Virus record (IMG/VR): IMGVR_UViG_3300032245_001170
Span: 1-64,000 of that record
DNA: 64,000 bases
Reading direction: 5' to 3' (one strand)
Origin: a virus
In this document: piece after piece, positions 18,940 through 26,106 of the stretch
How positions within the stretch are numbered: the first letter of the stretch is position 1
Layout: every line of letters starts with the position of its first letter
Program-made: the position numbers and the translations under genes
Notes under the pieces: generated by a model
What the model saw: the letters and a program-made list of their open reading frames with translations, nothing else
What the model was told of the DNA's origin: nothing
The model's database searches: none

Positions 18940-21162
18940 ATGGCAACATACGCTAAAGTTGCCGGGACTTGGAGAACAGTTACTACTGACTCTCCTACCA
19001 ATGGTGTTTGTGGTTATGTAAAAGTAAACGGAACTTGGCGTACAGTAAATCAATCTTATGTAAGAATAAGCGGTGTCTGGAGATCAACCTGTACAGCTCC
19101 GGGTCAACAACCGGCAGCAATACCTGAGAGCATTTGTTATCGCCCAAATTATTGTTTAAATGGCACTAACGGCGTTATTCTTCCTACCACAGAGCCTTGC
19201 TATTTAGCTGACGGAGTTACCTTAGGAACAAGAACTGCTCCGTACACTTGTCAAACAGATCCTGGGTGCATAACGTACACAGTACCCGCAGGAGTGTGTT
19301 CTTCTCCAGATCCAATTATTTCAGTAGTGTCTGAAGAAATTGGAGACTGTGAGTTTTGGGGAGGTTTGTCAGGCTGTACTAGTGGTTATGCAAAACGCAT
19401 AACAAGACGTATGAGTGATTCATCTTTAAAGGTTTCATACAGCTGCTGTAATCCTTTAGACCCTAACTTAAAATATTACTGCACACTACGTCCATTTTCA
19501 ACAGGACAATGTTTGAATGAATTAAAAAGTACTGATTTTACAGGAGTTGTTGTCGCTGGTCAGGGAGAGTGGGTTTGTGAAGAGTTAGGCATAACTTCAT
19601 ATCCTTCTTGCTCTACTGCTGAAAACTGCAACGTTCCAAAAACAACTTCATCTACTTATGAAAGTTGCGGCTATTTAAACACAGGTCAACGCCTTGTAAC
19701 TACCAATACTTACCAAAGCTGGTGTGTAAAAACTTTAGAAACTGTTATTGGTGATTGTGTTGGAGCAGACGACCCTTGTGGTGGAAAATATTGTGGTGAT
19801 GGTAGTGGAGAAGAAGAGTATGCCATTAGCACCTCTACGTGTCCATCGGGAAGTGCTATTAGATACAAATGTCTAACTCCTGAAGGTTGTGCAGTCAAAT
19901 ATACTTTTAGACGATGCACTGCGTACACTCCACCTGTAGTTATTGGAGACGTGTTTCAACAAATCTACTACATTACTGAGGTTTGTAGGAATGCTTTAGG
20001 ATCTGCAATAAGCTGTAATCAATATTCTTCGTATACTGTTCCTGCCTCTACAAGCAGTTGTACAGTAACTTCAAGTACAAGTTCTTATTCTCCTTGTCCA
20101 CAAATAACAACAAATCCTACTGGACCTACAGCGCCAACTGGACCTACAGGACCTTCTGGTTGCGGTTGTATAGATGATGATGCAGGTTATTGCAACAATG
20201 GGGTTTGGTATCAATATCAATATGATCCAAACCCAGCATGTCCAAACTGTCCTGCAAGAAATACTGGTGGTAGCTGTATATCAGAGAGTTTACCAGCTCA
20301 ATGTAACGGCACCTGTGTTTACGGAAGCGGAACACAAAGTTGTGGTATAGGTGGTACACAAACATACTGTATTACAGCAGTAGGATGTCCTGACATCTAC
20401 GGACCTTGTATTGTTCCAGGATCAGGAGCAACAACTCCTACAGAACCTCCACCAAGTAACCCAACAGGCCCTACCTTTACGGTAGTTCCAGGAACTACAG
20501 TAACTAGTCCTGGACCAACTGGAGACACCGGAGGTACAACTACTTGGACAACAACTCAAACAACTGATGGTGGATCCGTATTAAATTTAATAGATGACAC
20601 TACTGGGCAAACTATTAACACAGAGCCTATTGTATTCCCACCTCCAAATGAGTTCTTTAATATTGGCGGGGGTGGTACAGGTAAGAGTATTAACATCAAT
20701 ACTTTAGTACGAACTCGTGATGGATTAGTTCCTGCTTTTGATCTAAAAGTTGGAGATAAGCTGCTGTCTGCAGATATTGATACTTTCCCATACGACAACT
20801 TACTTACTACAGATATGGAGCTTATTGAGTGGACTGCTCAAAACCCTCACATTAACCTTGTAGAAACTGAAATTGTCAATCTTCGTACCCGCATATCTAA
20901 GTGGGCAATCATTGTTGACTCAGACATATTCTCAGACACCCACTACATCCTAGTTAACCGTAATGATGTGACTAAGTTTGTAAAGGCTATAGATCTTGAA
21001 AGCACTGACCTTATCTGGTCAAATACTTACCATAACTGGGTAGCTATTGGGGTGTTGAGGAAGGTAGACGTAGACCACGAAGTGGTTTCTATTGACTGCG
21101 AACCTTATGATATATTCTTCACTGAAAGGATGTTGACCCACGACTCAAATACGGTTGACTAA
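18940..21162 (+). CDS. Cys-rich fibre-tip-type protein with C-terminal Hint (intein-like) domain
   Basis: N-terminal Y.KV.GTWRTV repeats; 42 Cys in first ~490 aa; Hint blocks SININTLVRT…DLKVGDKLLS, SDTH, VVSIDCEPYDIFFTERMLTHD. Confidence 0.8.
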   Translation: MATYAKVAGTWRTVTTDSPTNGVCGYVKVNGTWRTVNQSYVRISGVWRSTCTAPGQQPAAIPESICYRPNYCLNGTNGVILPTTEPCYLADGVTLGTRTAPYTCQTDPGCITYTVPAGVCSSPDPIISVVSEEIGDCEFWGGLSGCTSGYAKRITRRMSDSSLKVSYSCCNPLDPNLKYYCTLRPFSTGQCLNELKSTDFTGVVVAGQGEWVCEELGITSYPSCSTAENCNVPKTTSSTYESCGYLNTGQRLVTTNTYQSWCVKTLETVIGDCVGADDPCGGKYCGDGSGEEEYAISTSTCPSGSAIRYKCLTPEGCAVKYTFRRCTAYTPPVVIGDVFQQIYYITEVCRNALGSAISCNQYSSYTVPASTSSCTVTSSTSSYSPCPQITTNPTGPTAPTGPTGPSGCGCIDDDAGYCNNGVWYQYQYDPNPACPNCPARNTGGSCISESLPAQCNGTCVYGSGTQSCGIGGTQTYCITAVGCPDIYGPCIVPGSGATTPTEPPPSNPTGPTFTVVPGTTVTSPGPTGDTGGTTTWTTTQTTDGGSVLNLIDDTTGQTINTEPIVFPPPNEFFNIGGGGTGKSININTLVRTRDGLVPAFDLKVGDKLLSADIDTFPYDNLLTTDMELIEWTAQNPHINLVETEIVNLRTRISKWAIIVDSDIFSDTHYILVNRNDVTKFVKAIDLESTDLIWSNTYHNWVAIGVLRKVDVDHEVVSIDCEPYDIFFTERMLTHDSNTVD

Positions 21163-21164
21163 AT

Positions 21165-21680
21165 ATGACTACAGACGGCGCACAATATCTACAGTTTGAG
21201 TTTCCCGAGAAATTAACGGGGTTTTGGGTACATGTTTGTGTTGGGTTAGAAAGTTCTTCGTTTACCTATATTGTCTCAATATATAAGAACGATGACTACC
21301 CTACAGGTACCGTAATAATATCTAAACACCTGCCCTATGCCTATCCGGATATGTATGGCTGTTTTGATAATGGGTACCAAGTTCAAAGGATGTATACAAA
21401 CCCTATACACAGACGTAATGGGTACTGGGTTCCTTTTGGAGTGTTTTTAAAGAAGTTCTTTGCAGATCAGTTTGGCGTAAATGTAGATGGCACTGGAGAC
21501 CGCAGTAAGCAGACCGATAGAATCTACGCTAGAACTAGAGCTGTGTTGGGAGAGTCTTCTTATGTGCCCCCTATCAAAGGTGGACGGATTGAGTATGATG
21601 AGGCGGAGCCTCCTAGGGATCCAGCGTTTCCCTTGATATGGTTTGGTCAAAGAATTGGGGGTTTTAATGAGCAAGGGTGA
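21165..21680 (+). CDS. Hypothetical protein with GNAT-like acetyl-CoA binding motif
   Basis: VQRMYTNPIHRRNGY resembles GNAT motif A. Confidence 0.45.
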   Translation: MTTDGAQYLQFEFPEKLTGFWVHVCVGLESSSFTYIVSIYKNDDYPTGTVIISKHLPYAYPDMYGCFDNGYQVQRMYTNPIHRRNGYWVPFGVFLKKFFADQFGVNVDGTGDRSKQTDRIYARTRAVLGESSYVPPIKGGRIEYDEAEPPRDPAFPLIWFGQRIGGFNEQG

Positions 21681-22128
21681 AGAGCATATTCTTTTAAGCG
21701 TATTGACTAAGCCGGTAAAAGTATTTTCCTCAAATGTACCTATTGGTACAGAGCCGTCAATTAACTATGCTCATAAAGAAATTAAAAAGTTGCTAGACGA
21801 TTCCTGCAGCTACTACGAATTGAGTCGAACCCACTCAACTTTCTATCTATCATCCGAGTTAATTAAGGGCGTTCGAACAGATGTTTGGTATGACACCGGA
21901 GGGGTTAGGATTCCCTGTTTCTCGGGAGTGTATGTGCTCGAGGCTGAAGAAGGTAGCTTTATTACCGTAGGTGGGGTTTCTAATTTGCTAGCTTCTGGTG
22001 ATATATACCTTTGGGAAGCAGGAAAAAAGATTACCTATAGTCATGAAAATACAGTTATGCTAGGATTCAATATTGCACCGAAATCAATGCTTAAAAATCA
22101 AGACCTCAGTATGTGGTCAGAAATCTAG
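21667..22128 (+). CDS. Degenerate 2OG-Fe(II) oxygenase-like (DSBH) protein
   Basis: FSGVYVL…GDIYLW…LGFNI pattern; HxD/H position reads WYD; ATG 21667 preferred. Confidence 0.45.
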   Translation: MSKGEEHILLSVLTKPVKVFSSNVPIGTEPSINYAHKEIKKLLDDSCSYYELSRTHSTFYLSSELIKGVRTDVWYDTGGVRIPCFSGVYVLEAEEGSFITVGGVSNLLASGDIYLWEAGKKITYSHENTVMLGFNIAPKSMLKNQDLSMWSEI

Positions 22129-22137
22129 GAGAATAAT

Positions 22138-22416
22138 ATGTCTGAAGATAACCTATCCTTATGGCAAAAATATAAGAAAAACTTAGGCGACACTCGTCCA
22201 TGGGACCTCTTAGATAAGAACGTACCTCGTACTACAGATGCGGTTGCCAAGAAACGTTTAGAAATATGTAATGGTTGCGCCCACCTAACTAAGGTAACTC
22301 AGCAATGTAAGAAGTGTGGATGTTTCATGCACCTTAAAGTTAAGATTTCGGCTGCTGAATGTCCTATTGGTAAGTGGAGTAAAGTAGAGGAAGTTAAGGG
22401 GCCGGAGAGTGAATAG
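22138..22416 (+). CDS. Small Cys-rich metal-binding protein (DUF6171-like)
   Basis: RLEICNGC…QCKKCGCFM..K…ECPIGKW; SD AGGAG. Confidence 0.7.
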   Translation: MSEDNLSLWQKYKKNLGDTRPWDLLDKNVPRTTDAVAKKRLEICNGCAHLTKVTQQCKKCGCFMHLKVKISAAECPIGKWSKVEEVKGPESE

Positions 22417-22885
22417 GGTTATACAGGACCTTTTTTCAGAAAGAGACTTTGAGTATCTTCAGAAGTATGCCCTAGAACATCACGAGGCTTTAAAAAAAAT
22501 CAAGCCGGAGCATGAGTCTGGCTATGGAGTTTTACAACTAAAGGATACCCCAGAATTACGCATGCTTCATGAAAAGCTTTTGCCTGTAGCTAGGCAAATG
22601 TTTGGTAGCGAGTCCCTTATACCTAATTGGCAGCACTTAGATATCTATGCTGGGCCTCAGCCAACACAAACCCCCAAGAAGTTTAGTGAAGATGCAGATT
22701 ATGTAATAAGCCTTGTTGCTTACCAGCACCTGGGGTGGGAAACCACGGTAGGTGGGGAGCTGTTTGAATTAGTAGAAAATGAGGGGCTTTTCTTTAGTGC
22801 TGACCAAGAGTTTATACGTTCAGCCTTTCCAGAACCGTTTAATAACGTGGTGGCTAACGCTTTCTTTTTCTTTATTCAGCCTTAA
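22409..22885 (+). CDS. Degenerate 2OG-Fe(II) oxygenase-like protein
   Basis: ARQMFGSESLIP…W…FP.P.NNVV pattern of phage oxygenases, but iron ligands not recognisable. Confidence 0.45.
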   Translation: MNRVIQDLFSERDFEYLQKYALEHHEALKKIKPEHESGYGVLQLKDTPELRMLHEKLLPVARQMFGSESLIPNWQHLDIYAGPQPTQTPKKFSEDADYVISLVAYQHLGWETTVGGELFELVENEGLFFSADQEFIRSAFPEPFNNVVANAFFFFIQP

Positions 22886-22894
22886 AATGTAAGC

Positions 22895-23461
22895 ATGCGT
22901 GGAGACCAAGTACAAGGTAGATTTACTGTAGCCTCTGAAAAAGAGTCTATTAAACTAGGCGTAACCAAAGATATGGTGCGTACCGTTGGTATGTCCGTAG
23001 ATTGGTGGGCTTGGGATCCCGTAGCTAGTCAGGTAGACCCAATCTATGATGTGGGTTCCTCTAGCGTAGGTCGTAGGTGGAAGAAAGAAACAACCCTGCC
23101 GGTAATCTCAGCTAAGCTTGAACAAGGCGTAATGATGAGAAATGATCGCGGTCTTTATACCGTTGACCAGTTACGTTTGACCTTTAACGTAGACGTTATC
23201 AGGAACAACGTATCCAAACTTCGGGGAACAACAACCACAGATGATGATTACTTTAGTCAAGATCCAGACCGTTACTTAAGAGATCGTATAGTCTTTAGAA
23301 GTACTGTTTGGTCTCCATCTAAATTCTTACCTAGAGGTCTTATGGGTAATGACTACACACTTGTCAGCCTAGATCTCAACCAGGTAAACGCGGAAGAGTT
23401 GGTCAACGACCCACAATTCCTACAATATGCAAACTACAACCCATTTATCCCAGGAGTCTAA
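22895..23461 (+). CDS. Putative head closure / head-tail joining protein
   Basis: 188 aa; DPIYD, DRIVFR motifs; position before tail genes. Confidence 0.5.
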   Translation: MRGDQVQGRFTVASEKESIKLGVTKDMVRTVGMSVDWWAWDPVASQVDPIYDVGSSSVGRRWKKETTLPVISAKLEQGVMMRNDRGLYTVDQLRLTFNVDVIRNNVSKLRGTTTTDDDYFSQDPDRYLRDRIVFRSTVWSPSKFLPRGLMGNDYTLVSLDLNQVNAEELVNDPQFLQYANYNPFIPGV

Positions 23462-23463
23462 CT

Positions 23464-23748
23464 ATGCCTATTGAACATCAAGCTTTTACAGTTGGTACTA
23501 CCGCAACTTTAATCGCACAAATTCCTGAAGGAAACCCAAAGACATCTGTGTTTATTTATAATAATGATAACAGTCAAATATACATTGGAGACTCTGCAGT
23601 GACTGTTAGCGGAGTTGAGACCGGCCTTCATATTGCTAAACAAACTGTTTTTGAAATTGAATTAAACGCTGAAGATAAGCTATACGCTGTATCTGCGGCA
23701 GGTACCTCAGCTAACGCTGTAGTAACCCTATTTTCACGGGTGATCTGA
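23464..23748 (+). CDS. Small beta-rich structural protein
   Basis: 94 aa; SD AGGAG; IYNN…IYIG…LYAV pattern. Confidence 0.6.
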   Translation: MPIEHQAFTVGTTATLIAQIPEGNPKTSVFIYNNDNSQIYIGDSAVTVSGVETGLHIAKQTVFEIELNAEDKLYAVSAAGTSANAVVTLFSRVI

Positions 23749-23879
23749 TGCCTTTTAAGTCTCAAGCTCAACGTAAGTGGATGTACTCCAACGATCCTAA
23801 GATGGCTGAAAAGTGGGAGAAAGAAACCCCCAAAGGTAAGCTGCCTACAAAGGTAAAGAAGAAAGCGAAGAAAAAATAA
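23748..23879 (+). CDS. 43-aa Lys-rich microprotein; not in ORF track
   Basis: TGATG coupling; MPFKSQAQRKWMYSNDPKMAEKWEKETPKGKLPTKVKKKAKKK. Confidence 0.7.
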   Translation: MPFKSQAQRKWMYSNDPKMAEKWEKETPKGKLPTKVKKKAKKK

Positions 23880-24085
23880 TGCCTAAAATCAAAGCTGGTG
23901 GAGCTGACCACGTTGTAAAAAAGAACAAAAAAGGTGAAATTATTGTGGATCACGCTGCCAGCGCCAAGGCGGGAAAGTACGATAAGATTAACCTCACCAA
24001 AAAAGCTGGGGCTAAGACAGTCAAGGAAGGCATAAAAGCCACCAAAGACTGGCACAAAAAGAACCCCCACAAGAAGGGTAAGTAA
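23879..24085 (+). CDS. 68-aa Lys-rich small protein
   Basis: TAATG coupling at both ends. Confidence 0.7.
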   Translation: MPKIKAGGADHVVKKNKKGEIIVDHAASAKAGKYDKINLTKKAGAKTVKEGIKATKDWHKKNPHKKGK

Positions 24086-24219
24086 TGGCTAAGAATCCAT
24101 GCTGGGACGGCTATGTCCAAGTTGGTATGAAGACTCAAAATGGTAAAAAGGTGCCAAACTGTGTACCTGAAGGCAAAGGCAAGGACAAAGTCCCTGCCCC
24201 TAAGAAAGGTAAAAAATAA
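24085..24219 (+). CDS. 44-aa Lys-rich microprotein with PCWDGY…KVPNCVP motif; not in ORF track
   Basis: TAATG coupling; MAKNPCWDGYVQVGMKTQNGKKVPNCVPEGKGKDKVPAPKKGKK. Confidence 0.7.
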   Translation: MAKNPCWDGYVQVGMKTQNGKKVPNCVPEGKGKDKVPAPKKGKK

Positions 24220-24344
24220 TGTGCGCTGTATGTGGTTGTGGACAGAAAGATAAGAGCCATCCAAAGTATGGTTCAGGCCCAAAGAAGGGCAAGATGATTA
24301 AGAAGGCTGTTAAGAAGGCTGCGCCAAAGAAGGAGAAAAAGTAA
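24219..24344 (+). CDS. 41-aa Lys-rich microprotein with N-terminal CxxCGC; not in ORF track
   Basis: TAATG coupling; MCAVCGCGQKDKSHPKYGSGPKKGKMIKKAVKKAAPKKEKK. Confidence 0.7.
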   Translation: MCAVCGCGQKDKSHPKYGSGPKKGKMIKKAVKKAAPKKEKK

Positions 24345-24505
24345 TGGCAATGTCAGATAAGCAAAAGAAGCTGGCCAAGACAGCTGGCAATCCTAATAAG
24401 ATTGACTCAGCAGACTTTAAGATGCTTCGTAACAAAAAGAAGGCGGACCCAAATGCTCGTCCAATGACTAAGAAGAAGTCAATGGTACGAAAGAAGGGCA
24501 TGTAA
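24344..24505 (+). CDS. 53-aa Lys-rich microprotein (KIDSADFKMLR motif); not in ORF track
   Basis: TAATG coupling, SD AAGGAG; MAMSDKQKKLAKTAGNPNKIDSADFKMLRNKKKADPNARPMTKKKSMVRKKGM. Confidence 0.7.
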   Translation: MAMSDKQKKLAKTAGNPNKIDSADFKMLRNKKKADPNARPMTKKKSMVRKKGM

Positions 24506-24506
24506 C

Positions 24507-24593
24507 ATGTGCGTAGAGTGCTGTGCAGCCTGGGTAGAGCCGGCAGACCTTACCTGCGAAAAGTGTAGTTGTCGTGATAAGAAGGAGGACTAA
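24507..24593 (+). CDS. 28-aa Cys-rich peptide; not in ORF track
   Basis: MCVECCAAWVEPADLTCEKCSCRDKKED; fills the gap exactly and is TAATG-coupled to next gene. Confidence 0.5.
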   Translation: MCVECCAAWVEPADLTCEKCSCRDKKED

Positions 24594-24847
24594 TGTCTAA
24601 GTACACAAAGTCTTCAGATAAGAAGCAAGATGCTAAGACCACAAAGGGTCTTGACAAGGAACAAAAAGAGAAGTTTGAAAAGATGGACAAGAAGCACCGT
24701 AAGCCTAAGTCTCAGGAAGACGACCGTGCTATGGACGTCAAAAACGTTAAGAAGATTAAGTCTATGGAAAAGCGCCACGAAGCCAAGGAAGGCAAGAAGG
24801 GCGAAAAGGCCGAGGACAAGCGAGAGAAAAAGTCCAAAAAGAAGTAA
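24593..24847 (+). CDS. 84-aa highly charged Lys-rich protein
   Basis: SD AAGGAGG; last gene before terminator. Confidence 0.75.
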   Translation: MSKYTKSSDKKQDAKTTKGLDKEQKEKFEKMDKKHRKPKSQEDDRAMDVKNVKKIKSMEKRHEAKEGKKGEKAEDKREKKSKKK

Positions 24848-24853
24848 ATGATT

Positions 24854-24876
24854 AGCCCCCGAAAGGGGGCTTTTTC
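24854..24876 (+). terminator. Rho-independent terminator
   Basis: AGCCCCC-GAAA-GGGGGCT followed by T-run. Confidence 0.85.
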
Positions 24877-24951
24877 ATTTACTCTTGTTCTTGACGCCGG
24901 AGTAATCCGGACCCTGCAGCTTTACCCCGCATCTTCTTTTGGAGGATTCTG

Positions 24952-25113
24952 ATGATTTACTTACTTGACCGTTTGGCACGTGAAGAAAGCGATGCTGATC
25001 GAGAACAATTCGTACGCGGTGTACTTGGCTTAGACAAATTTCACGCTGGCTCTATGGTAGCTGGCTGGATTGCAGGGAGTCTAACGGCTAAAGTAATCGC
25101 GGGTCGTAAGTGA
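24952..25113 (+). CDS. 53-aa hypothetical protein; not in ORF track
   Basis: SD GGAGG; MIYLLDRLAREESDADREQFVRGVLGLDKFHAGSMVAGWIAGSLTAKVIAGRK; GTGA overlap with next gene. Confidence 0.65.
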   Translation: MIYLLDRLAREESDADREQFVRGVLGLDKFHAGSMVAGWIAGSLTAKVIAGRK

Positions 25114-25433
25114 AGCTATCAGAACTCATACTTAATGCGATTCCTGTAGGCGAACAAGAGGACTCTTTCTCTACTACCCAACGCCTTAGAGCTTGGTGCC
25201 GTTGGAACAACTGGCCTGAAGATATTGTTTCTCAGGTTTACTGGGTACAAAAAAATGGTGAGGGCACTGTTTTTTATCCCCCACACATCTCAGCTCGAGT
25301 ACTCTTTTTAGAGTATGGAGATCAAGATACTCCCCCATCTGCTGTGCTCAGAAACTTTATGACCAACTTAAAAGACGACGAAGCTTTTATTTCGGGGTTC
25401 TCTCGAGGCCTAAAGAGACTGGGAGTTAAGTAA
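25110..25433 (+). CDS. Putative tail completion/neck protein (HK97 gp10-like)
   Basis: FLEYG…PP..VLRNF motif; position. Confidence 0.55.
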   Translation: MKLSELILNAIPVGEQEDSFSTTQRLRAWCRWNNWPEDIVSQVYWVQKNGEGTVFYPPHISARVLFLEYGDQDTPPSAVLRNFMTNLKDDEAFISGFSRGLKRLGVK

Positions 25434-26062
25434 TGCCTATTATTCTTAATGAAGATAAAGCCTTAAAGACAGCTCTACAAGGAATCAAGGTTTCCGACAG
25501 TGCAAACGCTGAGCGTCCTGTGGGTGTCTGGTACGGACAACCTGATATGGAAATCAGAGATCAGGTATATCCATATATTACTATTGACTTTATTGGTTAC
25601 TCTGAAGACTTTGAACGAGCTCATCGCGGAGAGATTAGTATGCGCTACTATCCAGAAGGTGTTGACACTGGAACAGTAGGTGTAGACGGATCTGGGTCAA
25701 AGCAGTATCAAACTGAAGTACCTATCCCAATAAATCTTGATTATCAAATTACAACCTATGCACGTCAACCTAGACATGATCGTGCAATTATGGCTGCAAT
25801 GCTATCTGGTCATCGCATTCCAATGCGCTTTGGCCGCCTTATTGTTCCAGAAGACAAAACGCTTAGGCGTGTTGAATTTCTGGGAATGTCTAAAAAAGAT
25901 ACTACCGATCAAAACGGTAAAAGATTATTCTCTAATGTGTACAACATACGCATTAGTGCTGAAGTCTTGCCTACCGCCATTGCTCAGCAGTACCCAGTAC
26001 AAACACCTCCTCTAATATCGTTTAATAGTCAGCCTACCCCGTTTGAAACAATACAGATATAA
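25433..26062 (+). CDS. Putative tail terminator protein
   Basis: YPYITID, P.PINLDYQITTYAR motifs; directly upstream of sheath. Confidence 0.6.
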   Translation: MPIILNEDKALKTALQGIKVSDSANAERPVGVWYGQPDMEIRDQVYPYITIDFIGYSEDFERAHRGEISMRYYPEGVDTGTVGVDGSGSKQYQTEVPIPINLDYQITTYARQPRHDRAIMAAMLSGHRIPMRFGRLIVPEDKTLRRVEFLGMSKKDTTDQNGKRLFSNVYNIRISAEVLPTAIAQQYPVQTPPLISFNSQPTPFETIQI

Positions 26063-26106
26063 CTAGGAACCCAGAGAAAATAACTCAACCCTAAGGAGTA
26101 ACAAGA

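Noticed and set aside
24949-24995. CTGATGA…GAAA resembling a hammerhead ribozyme core
   Set aside because: Stem III and the NUH cleavage triplet cannot be formed, and the sequence is the start of a well-formed ORF.
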